Shown: positions 19,676 to 31,768, counted from the stretch's first letter. The stretch is 64,000 nt of DNA from an uncultured Acidobacteriota bacterium (GCA_963733955.1 CAVTEW010000003.1:3104037-3168036), one strand, 5' to 3'. Numbers and translations are program-made. Notes: generated from the letters alone by a model not told the origin.

Positions 19676-22657
19676 TTAGAAGGTGACCTTGGCGGCCAAC
19701 TGCAGGATGCGCGAGCCCGAGTCACCCAGCGGAGCCCCGAAGCTCGCCAGCGGCGTCAGGGTGTTGGTCGTCGCGTTGTAGCTGTAGAACGTGTTCGACG
19801 CGAAGTTGACGTTCTTGTTGTTGAAGATGTTGAAGGCCTCGGCGATCAGCTCGACGTCGACCGGCCCGATCGGAATGTGGCGCGTGATCCGCGGATTGAC
19901 CGAGAACTGCGAAGGCAGCCGGAAGGTGTTGCGCCCGAATCCCGGAGCCCGGTCGTTGCGCGGATTGCCGTCGTTGTTCAGGTCGACATTGGTGCCCATG
20001 GTCGCGGAGTACGGCTGCCCGGTCTGGAAGAAGACGATTCCCGAGAGGGTCCAGCCCGAGGCCAGGGCCTTCATAAAGGTGTTGGAGATGCCGCCCGCGT
20101 AGTCCAGGTTCCACACTCCCGAAAAGACGATCCGGTGCCGCACGTCGTTGTCGCCCGAGGCGTAGTCGCCGTTCAAGTTCAACGGGTCCTGGGCGAACTT
20201 GCCATCGTCCGACGAGGCCGGAACGACCGCGGTCTGGTCGGGACGGTCGTCAAGGACGTGCCCGTAGGTCCAGGCCAGGCGCGCCTGCCAGTTGTTCGAA
20301 TAGCGCTTGACGATCTCCAGGGTCAGGCCGTTGTAATCGGACCTGGACGTGCTTTCGAACGCGATCACGCGCGCAAAATTCGTGAAGGGGCGCGTGCTGC
20401 CGAACTTGAGGTAAGTGACCGTGCCGTCCCCGGCGACGTTGGCCGTGGCCGGGCTCTCCGTGCCGATGTTGCGGTCGATCGACCGGGTCAGGTCGTTGGC
20501 GTGGACGTGCAGAAGGTTCATCGAGACGGCCAGATCGGGAGTCACCGCGTGCTCGACCCCAAGGCTGGCCTGCTGGACCTTGGGATTCTGGTAGTTGGGA
20601 TCGGTCACGAAGATCGTCGGCTTGGGCAGAGCCACGCCCGATGGCAGGGCCGGATAGATGTTCGGATACTGCGGAATCAGGTTCCCCGTGAACGTGATGG
20701 TCTGGACGTTGATGCCGTTGTTGGAGGTGGCCGTCCCGTAGATGATGGCCGGCGTTCGCCCGTAGAAGATCCCGTAGCCGCCGCGCACGACGGTGCGGTC
20801 GTTGCCTCCGGGCGTCCAGGCGAACCCCAGGCGGGGGGCGAAGTTGTTCTTGTCCTCGTGGATCGTGTCGGTGAAGTACCCCGCCGCCAGCAGCTGCGGA
20901 TCCGGGTTGAGCACGCTCGGCTGCCGGACCGTCTGCAGATCGTAGCGGATGCCGGCGTCGAAGGTCAGGGTCGGAGTGATCCGCCACTCGTCCTGGGCGA
21001 ACGCGGCGTAGTCGGTCAGATCCGGATTGGTCGTCGCGCCGGTCGTCCCGGGCCCGGGAAAGGCCTGCACGAACCGCGACGCGATCCCCTGATCGAAGTT
21101 CGCGATCGACGTGAAGGTGTAGGAGCCGGAGAAGTTCCCGGGAAAGAAGTTCAGGATCTTGTCGTGGTTGTAGTCGAGCCCCCCCTTGAACGTGTGGTTC
21201 CCGGCCAGAGCGGTCACCGTGTCGGCTCCCTGGTACCGCTTGATCGTGGTCTCGCGCGGGGAGAAGAAGTTCCTTCCGATGGTCAGGACGGTCTGGTTAT
21301 TCTGGAGGATCGTGGCCTCGGGATCGGCGCTGTTGGCCGTGCCGGGCTCGCTATCCTTGGCGTACTGGCCGCGCAGCTCGTTGAAGAGGCTGGGGGTAAA
21401 GGAGCTGTTGACCGATCCGGTCAGCGTGTCGGTCTTGACCAGCGAATCGCCGGTGTGCTGGAGGGAGTTGCGGATGCCGCCGTTCTCGAAGCCGCCCCCG
21501 GTGAAATCCTGCCGGTTGTAGCGCAGGCTCGCGTGGCTGGACGAGCTGACCTCGGCGTCGAGCTTGACGAGGTACACGTCCTGGTTCTGAACCCGGTTCC
21601 AACTGGCCGCGAGCGGCGTGAGCGTGGCGATGCCGGCCTGGGTGTTCGCGTCGGTCGGCGTTCCCGGCGGGACGTTGAGGACGACCGTGTTGGGAATCGT
21701 GTTGCGCTGTCCGTCGTAGTTGGCGAAGAAGAAGACCTTGTCGCGCACCAGCGGGCCGCCCACGCTGGCGCCGAACTGGTCGAAGTGGTACGGAGCCTTG
21801 GCGCGCCCGTTCAGGGCGTCGATGTAGTCCTTGGCGTTGATGTTCTTGTCCCGGTAGAAGTAGAAGCCCGAGCCGTGGAAGTCGTTGGTGCCCGACTTGG
21901 TCACCACGTTGATGACGGCGCCGCCGGCCCGACCGTACTCCGCCTCGTAGGCGTTGGAGATGACCTCGAACTCTTTGACCGCGTCCTGGGAAAACTGGTA
22001 CGGGGCGCGGCCCGAGCCGGTGCGGCCGAGGGCCTGCCCGAAGAACGTGTTGTTGTTGTCGGCGCCGTCGACGACGAGGCTGTTCAACGTGCCGCGCTGC
22101 CCGGCGAAGCTGATGTCGCCCAGGCGCACGTCGGTGACCACGCCGGGCGTCGTCAGCACGAAGTCCTCGAAGTTGCGGCCGTTGGTCGGCAGGTTCTGGA
22201 TCATCCGCTCGTTGACGGTCGAGTCGACCTGCGTCTTGGTGGCCTCGATGAGCGGGGCCTCGCCGGAGACGGTGACGGCGGCCTGGACCGAGGCGACCTC
22301 CATCTTCACCTTGACCGTGGCCTCTCCGCCGACCGTCACGGTGACGTTGGCGACCTTGGCGGTGGCGAATCCGGACAGCTCCGCGGACACCGTGTAGGTG
22401 CCCACCGCCAGGACGGGAATCCGGAAGGTTCCCGTGGCCGTCGACGTCGTCGTCCGGAGCGCGCCGGTTTCCACCTGGATCGCGGTGATCGAAACGCCCG
22501 GAAGGCCTCCGCCCGAGGCGTCGGCGACCGTCCCGGCGATGGCGCCGGTCGGGCTCTGCGCGGCGAGCGGCGCCGCGAGGAGAGCCAGGAGAACCAGGGA
22601 CACCAGGAGCATCGGGAGAACGGCGAGGGATCCGAACCGGCGAATCACGTTCGTCAT
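19676..22657 (-). CDS. TonB-dependent receptor with N-terminal carboxypeptidase-regulatory-like domain
   Basis: 993 aa with a signal peptide, a CarbopepD_reg-like N-terminus (GTYTVSAELSGFAT), a plug and barrel, and a C-terminal ...AAKVTF. Confidence 0.85.
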   Translation of the reverse strand: MTNVIRRFGSLAVLPMLLVSLVLLALLAAPLAAQSPTGAIAGTVADASGGGLPGVSITAIQVETGALRTTTSTATGTFRIPVLAVGTYTVSAELSGFATAKVANVTVTVGGEATVKVKMEVASVQAAVTVSGEAPLIEATKTQVDSTVNERMIQNLPTNGRNFEDFVLTTPGVVTDVRLGDISFAGQRGTLNSLVVDGADNNNTFFGQALGRTGSGRAPYQFSQDAVKEFEVISNAYEAEYGRAGGAVINVVTKSGTNDFHGSGFYFYRDKNINAKDYIDALNGRAKAPYHFDQFGASVGGPLVRDKVFFFANYDGQRNTIPNTVVLNVPPGTPTDANTQAGIATLTPLAASWNRVQNQDVYLVKLDAEVSSSSHASLRYNRQDFTGGGFENGGIRNSLQHTGDSLVKTDTLTGSVNSSFTPSLFNELRGQYAKDSEPGTANSADPEATILQNNQTVLTIGRNFFSPRETTIKRYQGADTVTALAGNHTFKGGLDYNHDKILNFFPGNFSGSYTFTSIANFDQGIASRFVQAFPGPGTTGATTNPDLTDYAAFAQDEWRITPTLTFDAGIRYDLQTVRQPSVLNPDPQLLAAGYFTDTIHEDKNNFAPRLGFAWTPGGNDRTVVRGGYGIFYGRTPAIIYGTATSNNGINVQTITFTGNLIPQYPNIYPALPSGVALPKPTIFVTDPNYQNPKVQQASLGVEHAVTPDLAVSMNLLHVHANDLTRSIDRNIGTESPATANVAGDGTVTYLKFGSTRPFTNFARVIAFESTSRSDYNGLTLEIVKRYSNNWQARLAWTYGHVLDDRPDQTAVVPASSDDGKFAQDPLNLNGDYASGDNDVRHRIVFSGVWNLDYAGGISNTFMKALASGWTLSGIVFFQTGQPYSATMGTNVDLNNDGNPRNDRAPGFGRNTFRLPSQFSVNPRITRHIPIGPVDVELIAEAFNIFNNKNVNFASNTFYSYNATTNTLTPLASFGAPLGDSGSRILQLAAKVTF

Positions 22658-22703
22658 GAAAGAACTCCTCTTCGCGATTTGAGTCTGGACTCTGCGAGTC
22701 GTT

Positions 22704-24395
22704 TCAGTCCGCGTTGAACTTGCCTTCGGGCAGAACCGGAGCGAGAAACCAGTTGCGGTCGGCCTCGAGCTTCAGGGTCTTGCGCGCCCGCGCGTCCTCC
22801 AGCAGCAGATCGCGCAGGGGCCGTGCCGCCGTGGACACACGCGGGCAGCTTCTCCAGACCGCGTAGCCGCCGCCGCCGGACGCGCGGTACGAGTTGATGG
22901 CCACGGTGAACGCCTCGTCGTCGCCCACCTCGCGCCCGCCGCGGCGCAGGAAGAGGACCCGGTGGCCCTCCGGACGCATCGGATCGATCGCGTATTCGAC
23001 GCCCGCGGCGGTGTCGCAGTTGTAGCCCCACACGGCCGGGTTGCGTTTCCAGACCGGCGTTCCCGCCTGGAGGGCCAGGCCGGACACGCAGCGCGCCGCG
23101 TCCTCCAGCGCCTCGCGCACCTGCCGTCCGGTGGCGCGCACGGTCACCAGGGCGTTCTCGTACGGGTAGAACGCCCAGACCTGGCGCACCGTCAGCGGCC
23201 CGGCGCTCCAGGCCGGCAGGCCGCCCGGAAGGAGCGACGCGAAGGAGAGATCGGCCTTTCCTTCCCGGCGCTGCACGTCGTGGAGCCAGTCGAGGAGCCC
23301 CGTGTCGGCGACCCGAGCCTCGCCCGCGGAGACCGGCTCGGCCAGGGCTGCCACTGGCGCCGCGAGCGCCCGCATGGCCTGAGCGTGCTCGGACTCCGCC
23401 GCCGCGGCGATCCGCGAGTCCGGCGAGACTCCCTTCATCGGCAGGGTCTTTCCGGCGATCGCGTCGATGTGCCAGGCGCCCCGGCCGCCCTTGCTGCGCG
23501 AGAGCGTCACGTCGAAACGGGTCACCACGTTTCCGAACCGGCCGGGCTGTGAGATCCAGGCGCCGCCCAGCCTGCGCGGGTCGATGACCGTGTGCGTATG
23601 GCCGGTCAGGAGAAGGTCGATTCCCGGCACCTGCGTGGCGATCGCGTAGGCCTGGTTTTCCTCGCCCGTGCCGCGGTCGGCCCCCGTCGCAAGATCCCGT
23701 TCGAAGCCCTGATGCGTCAGCACGATCACCAGATCGCAACGCTCCTTCCCGCGCAGAATCGGCACGAAACGGCGCGCCGCCTCCACGGTGTCCTGGAAGC
23801 GCAGGCCGGCGATGTGGTCGGGAGGCTCCCAGCTGGGCACGTTGGGGGTCGTCAATCCCAGGATCCCCACCCGCACGCCGGCGACGGACCTGACCGTGTA
23901 CGGCGGAAAAATCGGCCGGCCGCGCGCGTCGACGATGTTGGCAGAGAGCCACGGGAAGCGCGCCTCGGCGTGCGACTTGCGCAGGCGCTCCAGCCCGAAA
24001 TCGAACTCGTGGTTGCCCACGGCCATCGCGTCATAGCCGATCCGGTTCATGGCCCGGATGATGGGGTCGGTGCCGTCTCCGATCGCGCCCGCGGCGACGA
24101 GGGCCTGCGCGGGAGTTCCCTGGATCGTGTCGCCGGAATCGAGCAGGAGCACGGCGCCGCCTTCCGATCGGGCCGCCTGGACCGCCGTCGCCACGCGGGC
24201 CAGCCCCTCTCCGTAGTCCCGGTCCGCGATCTCGTCCTGCGCCGCGACGTGGCCGTGGAGGTCGGAGGTGTGGAGGATCGTCAGCGTCACCGCGGGGAGC
24301 GGCGCGGCGACGGCGAGCAGACCCGCGAGGCCGGCGGTGATCCAGCGGAGAACGACGCGGATGGCGATGGGATCTCCTCGAAGGGCCCGAGTCAA
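22704..24395 (-). CDS. bifunctional metallophosphatase / 5'-nucleotidase (UshA-like)
   Basis: ILHTSDLHGH, GNHEFD and GHTH calcineurin-like motifs plus a C-terminal 5'-nucleotidase domain. Co-oriented 46 bp downstream of the TBDR. Confidence 0.85.
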   Translation of the reverse strand: MTRALRGDPIAIRVVLRWITAGLAGLLAVAAPLPAVTLTILHTSDLHGHVAAQDEIADRDYGEGLARVATAVQAARSEGGAVLLLDSGDTIQGTPAQALVAAGAIGDGTDPIIRAMNRIGYDAMAVGNHEFDFGLERLRKSHAEARFPWLSANIVDARGRPIFPPYTVRSVAGVRVGILGLTTPNVPSWEPPDHIAGLRFQDTVEAARRFVPILRGKERCDLVIVLTHQGFERDLATGADRGTGEENQAYAIATQVPGIDLLLTGHTHTVIDPRRLGGAWISQPGRFGNVVTRFDVTLSRSKGGRGAWHIDAIAGKTLPMKGVSPDSRIAAAAESEHAQAMRALAAPVAALAEPVSAGEARVADTGLLDWLHDVQRREGKADLSFASLLPGGLPAWSAGPLTVRQVWAFYPYENALVTVRATGRQVREALEDAARCVSGLALQAGTPVWKRNPAVWGYNCDTAAGVEYAIDPMRPEGHRVLFLRRGGREVGDDEAFTVAINSYRASGGGGYAVWRSCPRVSTAARPLRDLLLEDARARKTLKLEADRNWFLAPVLPEGKFNAD

Positions 24396-24418
24396 TCACG
24401 GCTGTCCGGAAGCGTCAA

Positions 24419-24451
24419 TGCAACGGACTCTGTGCAACGCGGGGTGCAACG
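24419..24451. promoter_or_regulatory. three direct TGCAACG repeats in the divergent 5'-nucleotidase / nth promoter region
   Basis: TGCAACG-gactctg-TGCAACG-cgggg-TGCAACG with 14- and 12-bp periodicity. Confidence 0.3.
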
Positions 24452-24511
24452 CCGGCTCCGATCACGGGCGGAATTAGAATCGCCAGCGCGCCACGGGCGC
24501 AGGAAGGAGTC

Positions 24512-25216
24512 GTGAAGACGCCAACAAGAACGAAGAGCCGGAAGACCGCGCGCCGCGGCGCGGCCCGGCGCGAGACGCTCGCCGAGAAGAAGGCGCGGGC
24601 GCGCCGAATTCTCGAGCGCCTGGCCCGCGCCTATCCCGACGCCAGGTGCGCCCTGGACTTCCGGTCGCCGCTCGAGCTCCTGGTGGCCACGATCCTGTCG
24701 GCCCAGTGCACCGACAAGCGCGTGAACCTGGTCACGCCCGAGCTCTTCCGAACGTACCGGACCGCGGCGGACTACGCGCGCGCGCCGGCGGGAGAGCTGG
24801 AGCGGGCCATCCAATCGACCGGCTTCTTCAACGCCAAGGCGCGCAGCCTGCGCCGGACCGGCGCGGCGATCGCCGCGGAGCACGCCGGGCGGGTGCCGGA
24901 CACGATGGAGGCGCTGGTCCGCCTTCCCGGCGTCGGCCGCAAGACCGCCAACGTCATCCTGGGAAACGCCTTCGGCAAGGACGAAGGGTTCGTCGTGGAC
25001 ACCCACGTCGCGCGGCTGTCCCGCCGGATGAACCTGACCCGGCAGACCGATCCGGTCAAGATCGAGAACGACCTGAACGTCCTCGTGCCCAAGGGGAAAC
25101 GGACGATGGCCGCGCACCGCCTGATCTTCCACGGGCGGCAGATCTGCGTGGCCAGATCGCCACGCTGCGGAGACTGTCCCGTCGAGGATCTCTGTCCGAA
25201 GATCGGCGTGGGATGA
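24512..25216 (+). CDS. nth: endonuclease III
   Basis: HhH-GPD (LPGVGRKTANVIL) and a C-terminal 4Fe-4S cluster (CVARSPRCGDCPVEDLC). Confidence 0.9.
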   Translation: MKTPTRTKSRKTARRGAARRETLAEKKARARRILERLARAYPDARCALDFRSPLELLVATILSAQCTDKRVNLVTPELFRTYRTAADYARAPAGELERAIQSTGFFNAKARSLRRTGAAIAAEHAGRVPDTMEALVRLPGVGRKTANVILGNAFGKDEGFVVDTHVARLSRRMNLTRQTDPVKIENDLNVLVPKGKRTMAAHRLIFHGRQICVARSPRCGDCPVEDLCPKIGVG

Positions 25217-25707
25217 CCGCCCTGCGCGCCTATCTCTCCGGCGCGATCGAGCATGCCGCCGACGGCGGCCGAGGCTGGAGGGACGAGGTCGCCGCCTTCC
25301 TGACCGGGCGCCTGGGCCACGACGTCTACGACCCGGCGCGCGACGAAAAGAAGGATTTGTCCGAGGAGGAACGCGCCCACTTTCGCAGCTGGAAGCACGA
25401 CGATCCGGCGCGGTTTCGGGAGGTGGTCCGGAAGATCATCGCCTGGGATCTGGACCGCGTCGAGCACCGGACCGACTACGTCGTGGCCCTGTGGGACGAG
25501 GCGTCGGGCCGGGGCGGCGGAACCGCGGCCGAGATCACGCTGGCGTACCGGCTGGGAATGCCGGTGTACCTGGTCCTGGGCATGCCGCGGGAGCAAGCCT
25601 CCGGCTGGATCCTCGCGGCGGCGACCGCAGTGTTCGAGAGTTTCGAGGAATTGCAGGTCTTCCTGTTGAATCAGCACGGTGGAAAAGCCGTGCGCCTTCA
25701 GACGTAG
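25213..25707 (+). CDS. nucleoside 2-deoxyribosyltransferase-like protein
   Basis: ATG overlaps the nth stop (ATGA). YLSGAIEH..., VVALWDEASGRGGGTAAEITLAYRLGMPVYLV resembles the Rossmann-like NDT fold (PF05014-like). Confidence 0.45.
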   Translation: MTALRAYLSGAIEHAADGGRGWRDEVAAFLTGRLGHDVYDPARDEKKDLSEEERAHFRSWKHDDPARFREVVRKIIAWDLDRVEHRTDYVVALWDEASGRGGGTAAEITLAYRLGMPVYLVLGMPREQASGWILAAATAVFESFEELQVFLLNQHGGKAVRLQT

Positions 25708-25708
25708 C

Positions 25709-25752
25709 CGCCTCACGCCTCACGCCTCACGCCTCACGCCTCACGCCTCACG
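25709..25752. repeat. family-1 heptamer array (CGCCTCA)x5, single arm
   Basis: ccgcctcacgcctcacgcctcacgcctcacgcctcacg lies between the NDT-like stop and tdk. Confidence 0.7.
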
Positions 25753-25773
25753 ATCGAGTAACATCCACCCCCC

Positions 25774-26367
25774 ATGGCTCTGGTCAAGACCCACCTCGGG
25801 TGGATCGAGGTGATCTGCGGAAGCATGTTCTCCGGCAAGAGCGAGGAGCTCATCCGCCGCCTGCGGCGGGCCATGATCGCCCGGCAGCGCGTCCAGATCT
25901 TCAAGCCGGTCATCGACAGCCGCTACTCCGACGCGGAGATCGTCTCCCACAGCGAGATGCGGCTGCCTTCCATCACCGTGTCCAACAGCCGCGAGCTGCT
26001 GGAGAAGGTCGACCACCGGACGGAGGTCGTGGGAATCGACGAGGCCCAGTTCTTCGACGAGGAGATCGTCGAGGCCTGCCAGCGTCTGGCCGACCAGGGA
26101 AAGCGCGTGCTGGTGGCCGGCCTCGACAAGGACTACCGCGGCGATCCCTTCGGCCCCATTCCGCGCCTCATGGCCGTGGCCGAGGACGTCACCAAGACGC
26201 TGGCGATCTGCGTGCGCTGCGGGGCGCCCGCCAACAACACGCAGCGCCTGGTGGAGAGCGACGAGCTGGTGGTCGTCGGCGCGCAGGGAATCTACGAGGC
26301 GCGGTGCCGCCGATGCTTCGAGCCGCCGGACAAGAAGGAAGCCGGATCCGCGCCGGCGAAATCGTAA
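25774..26367 (+). CDS. tdk: thymidine kinase
   Basis: [15 protein letters not shown]-loop, IDEAQFF, and a C-terminal zinc ribbon (CVRCG...CRRC). Confidence 0.9.
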   Translation: MALVKTHLGWIEVICGSMFSGKSEELIRRLRRAMIARQRVQIFKPVIDSRYSDAEIVSHSEMRLPSITVSNSRELLEKVDHRTEVVGIDEAQFFDEEIVEACQRLADQGKRVLVAGLDKDYRGDPFGPIPRLMAVAEDVTKTLAICVRCGAPANNTQRLVESDELVVVGAQGIYEARCRRCFEPPDKKEAGSAPAKS

Positions 26368-26634
26368 ATTTCCAATGGGGACGGCCCCAAAAGAAGTTTT
26401 CCGAAGGCCCGGCGGAAAACCCTGTCGAAATGCCTGTGGAAACGCTCGAAAAACGGCCCAAGCGCGCGGTTACCGTCCGGTTTGCACCGAGTCCTGTGCG
26501 AACCGATAACCTGCCCGCCATCAAACAATTAGGAAATTGCGCCGGAATTTCGCTGCCGGGTTTGCATCGACGGCGCTGCGTCAAAGACTTTTCCACACGG
26601 GCAAGCGCCTCGACCTCTTGGACTTAACGGCCCG

Positions 26635-28260
<1,626 letters not shown>

Positions 28261-28649
28261 AGCAGCCGCTCCACGCCGGAATTCTGGCACAGACTCCGCC
28301 GCAAACGGCCGCGGTGCGCAGCAGGCTGCCGAAAAAGGGTGTGGAGCGGCGTTGCGAGCGCCGCCGAATCGGATGACGGATGCGAGCCGCGCCGCGACTC
28401 GGGCGTGTCCGGGGCGCATCCGACGCCGGCGAGGCGTCCTGAGAGACAGTCGAGCGGCAACGCGACGGAGACGGCCCCGCGCCGCCGCAACCGCTTGCGG
28501 CGGCTGGGCTTTTGCTCGCGGCGATGCCACTTTCAGCCGAAGAACGGCAAGCCGGCAAACACAATCTTCTCGTTTCGCTGCGAGTAGCAAAAGCCCTGAC
28601 GCGACGCCCGCAATCATTTTTCAGCAGCCTGCTAGAATCGGATGCTCGC

Positions 28650-30065
28650 GTGAAGGATCACTTTCGCGGACGGCTGGAGGTCTTCGGTTTCGCGGATCTC
28701 CTCCAATGGATGGAGTTGAACCGCCGGACCGGACGGCTGACGCTCTCGCAGGGCCGCGACCGCCGGATCATCGATTGGCGGGAAGGCCAGATCGTCTACG
28801 TGTCGGGCTCACTCCCCCGCCACCGCCTCGGCGTGCATCTCCTGAGGACGGGAGCGCTCCCGGCGGCGACGCTCTACGAACTTCTGGCCCGGAACTTCAC
28901 GACGTCGGCAAACCTCACGCGGGTGATCCTGGACGGAGGCTACGACACGCACGACAGCCTCTCGCTGCGGGTGGAGGAGCTGGCCCGGCGCCTTCTCTTC
29001 GAGATGTTCGAGTGGCGGGACGCCGATTTCGACTACGACCCGGACTTCCAGGTGCAGCCGATCCTGCGCATCGGTCTCTCGCTGCGCGGCCAGGCCCTGG
29101 CCTTTCATGGAGTCAAGAAGCTCGACGACACCGAGCGGCGCCGCCCTTCGCGGCGAGCCAAGGTCATCGAGGCCGATCCCTGGGACCTCCCCTTCCGCCC
29201 CGAGGAGGTCGACGAGCGCTACTGGGATCTGCTGGAGCGAATCGGCAGCCCGGTCGAGCCCGAGGAGGGCCGGCAGCTGTTCCGGACGTTCCGCGATTTC
29301 GCCGCGAGCGTGCGGGGCCTGACCGCCGCGCCCATCGTGATGCATCCGATCCACGAAGACTCCGCGGGGCTGCTGGCCGACCTGCTGAAGAAATCCCCGG
29401 TGGATCCGGCGGGGGTCGTGCCGATCGCCGCCCTCGATCCGTTCCTGACGCTGGACATCCTCATCCTGGCCAACGCCCTCTCGGTCGACCGCGACAACGC
29501 CGTGGGCACCGTTCCCGACGCGATCGAGCGGCTGGGCGCCCGCGCGGTGACCGTCCTGATCGACCGGCTCTCCTCGGTGGACTTCCCGAGGGTCGGCAAC
29601 GCGGAGCCCGCGTCGCAGGTCCTGCGACGGGCCAGCGTCGCCGCGGCGGTCGCGGCGGGCCGCTACGCCGAGAGGTACGGAATCACACGCGAGCGGGGCT
29701 ACACGCTCGGCCTCCTTCACACCGTCTGCTACGGGGACCTCTTCGAGATCCTACGGGCCGTGGAGTTCCCCGCGGGAGTCTTCCGGGCCGCGGCGGTCGA
29801 CATCTTCCGGCCGGCGCTCGGCGTCGGGCGCGCCGAGAGCTGGGGCCTTCCGCTCGACTTCCAGGCCGTCATCGCCGACGAGGGCTCGGACCCCAGCGAT
29901 GCCGCGTCGCTCGTGCGGACGGCGCGAGCCACCGTTCCCGGCTGCGCCATCGGCACGCTCTCCACCGAGTCGGTCGATCCGCTCTGGATCGACGAGATCG
30001 CCCAGGAGGTCAATCTCGTGTTCGACTACCTCGGCCTGGCGCCCCTGGAAGTTAAGAACAAATAA
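28650..30065 (+). CDS. DUF4388 (PATAN-like) plus HDOD domain signalling protein
   Basis: N-terminal LEVFGFADLLQWMELNRRTGRLTL is a DUF4388 signature. C-terminal HDOD-like region (LLADLLKKSPVDPAGVVPIAALDPFLTLDILILANALS). GTG start chosen to avoid overlap with the divergent MCM gene. Confidence 0.6.
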   Translation: MKDHFRGRLEVFGFADLLQWMELNRRTGRLTLSQGRDRRIIDWREGQIVYVSGSLPRHRLGVHLLRTGALPAATLYELLARNFTTSANLTRVILDGGYDTHDSLSLRVEELARRLLFEMFEWRDADFDYDPDFQVQPILRIGLSLRGQALAFHGVKKLDDTERRRPSRRAKVIEADPWDLPFRPEEVDERYWDLLERIGSPVEPEEGRQLFRTFRDFAASVRGLTAAPIVMHPIHEDSAGLLADLLKKSPVDPAGVVPIAALDPFLTLDILILANALSVDRDNAVGTVPDAIERLGARAVTVLIDRLSSVDFPRVGNAEPASQVLRRASVAAAVAAGRYAERYGITRERGYTLGLLHTVCYGDLFEILRAVEFPAGVFRAAAVDIFRPALGVGRAESWGLPLDFQAVIADEGSDPSDAASLVRTARATVPGCAIGTLSTESVDPLWIDEIAQEVNLVFDYLGLAPLEVKNK

Positions 30066-30127
30066 ACCCGGGACCGGGCGGAATCGCTGGGCGGCCGCGA
30101 GCGTTGCGAGTGTCGGAGTATTGAACG

Positions 30128-31768
30128 ATGAAACACCATCTGCTCGGCTTTACCCTGGCGCTCCTCTCCGCGGCGGCTCTGGCCCAGGACCCGTCCGCGC
30201 AGGACCGGCCCTCCACCGATGCCAACCTGCCTGCGTTTCGCGAGTCCGTCGAGGTCCGGGTCATGGATCTGGACGTCTCGGTCACCGACTCGAAGGGACG
30301 CCCCGTTCCGGATCTCAAGAAAGAGGACTTCACCGTCCGCGTGGACAACAAGCCCGTGCCCATCGACTACTTCACCCGGGTGGAGGAAGGGACGATCCAC
30401 GCCCCGGACCTCTCGACCGCCTCTCCCGATCTGGTCCTGGCCGAGTACCGCAAGGGCGAGGACGCCTACGTGCCGCGGCACTTCCTGGTCTACTTCGACC
30501 TGGGTCACCTCTCCCTGAACGGCCGCAAGCGGGGCCTGGAGGCCCTGCGCGACCTGGTGACCCGGATGGGGCCCGGCGACTCGGTGCGCGTGGTCAGCTT
30601 CGACCGGCGTTCACGGACGCTCGCCGAGTGGACCACGAGCAAGGAGACGCTCCTCCTGGCCTTCGACAGCATCCAGTCCGCGGGCGTCGCGCAGTCGCGC
30701 CTCATGAACGAGCTCCAGACGCTGCGGGAGATCGACAGCAGCCGCAACCGCGGGTCGCGCGCGTTCTCCGCGCGGGGATTCGCCGAGCAGGAACGGGTCG
30801 AGGTCGCCAAGATGTTGAAGGACATGAACAACGAGCTCTCGACGCTCACGGCCCTGGGCGGAAAGAAATCCTTCCTGCTCGTCTCCGGCGGGTTCGACCT
30901 GCAGCCGGGCTCGGCCATGATGCAGTACGCGGTGGGCGGATTCAGCCTGTCGCAGTTCGACGTCCGGAGCGTCACCCCGGACCTCCAGGCCGTGGTCCAG
31001 CGGGCCAACGCCTCCGACGTGACCTTCTATACCGTCGACGCCCGCGGACTCTCCGCCGAAGGCGTGAGCGCCTCGGAGGACGATCCCCTCCTGATGCGGC
31101 CCGGCGTCGCCTTCTTCGCCCGCCAGGAGAGCCAGGCCGGCCTGGTGGAGCTCGCCCGGCAGACCGGCGGCATCGCGCTTCTGAATTCCAACGACGTGAC
31201 CCGCGGCATGTCCCAGGTCTACGAGGACACCTCGACCTACTACTCGATCGGCGTGACCCTGTCGAAGGTCCCCGGCGCGGGCTACCGCGGCGTGAAGGTC
31301 GACGTCAGCCGGCCCGGGGTGACCGTCCGGGCCCGGCGCGGGTATGCGGCGCGGTCGGCCGGACAGGTGGCCGCCGATGTGGCCCAGGCGGCCCTGCGGT
31401 CCAACGTCGAATACAGGGCCATCCCGGTGACGATGCTGGTGGCCCCGGCCAAGAAAGCCAAGAAGTACTACGAGCTTCCGATCAAGCTCAATCTGCCCGC
31501 GTCGTCTCTGACCTTTCTCCAGCAGGGAGAGAACGCGCGCGCGATCGCCGACGTGTACCTGGCCGTCGTCGACGACAACGGCAACACCAGCGACGTCGGG
31601 CACGAAGAAGCCATCTTCAACATGCCCAAGGACGCGCCGGTCACCGCGCAGCTCAACTACACCGCTTCGCTGACCATGCGCAAGGGCAACGCCCGCGTCG
31701 TCGTCAACGTCCGGGACCGCGAGAGCGGCAAGATGGGCACGGCCAAGGCCGACGTCCGAATCGAGTGA
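30128..31768 (+). CDS. VWA-domain secreted protein (acidobacterial VWFA-related type)
   Basis: Signal peptide, then an N-terminal beta-rich region and a VWA core (FLLVSGGFDLQ, TFYTVDARG). Confidence 0.75.
   Translation: MKHHLLGFTLALLSAAALAQDPSAQDRPSTDANLPAFRESVEVRVMDLDVSVTDSKGRPVPDLKKEDFTVRVDNKPVPIDYFTRVEEGTIHAPDLSTASPDLVLAEYRKGEDAYVPRHFLVYFDLGHLSLNGRKRGLEALRDLVTRMGPGDSVRVVSFDRRSRTLAEWTTSKETLLLAFDSIQSAGVAQSRLMNELQTLREIDSSRNRGSRAFSARGFAEQERVEVAKMLKDMNNELSTLTALGGKKSFLLVSGGFDLQPGSAMMQYAVGGFSLSQFDVRSVTPDLQAVVQRANASDVTFYTVDARGLSAEGVSASEDDPLLMRPGVAFFARQESQAGLVELARQTGGIALLNSNDVTRGMSQVYEDTSTYYSIGVTLSKVPGAGYRGVKVDVSRPGVTVRARRGYAARSAGQVAADVAQAALRSNVEYRAIPVTMLVAPAKKAKKYYELPIKLNLPASSLTFLQQGENARAIADVYLAVVDDNGNTSDVGHEEAIFNMPKDAPVTAQLNYTASLTMRKGNARVVVNVRDRESGKMGTAKADVRIE

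Noticed and set aside
19877-22717. 946-aa plus-strand ORF antisense to the TonB-dependent receptor
   Set aside because: Low-complexity Arg/Gly/Asp translation. The minus-strand TBDR has a clear signal peptide, plug, barrel and a C-terminal Phe.
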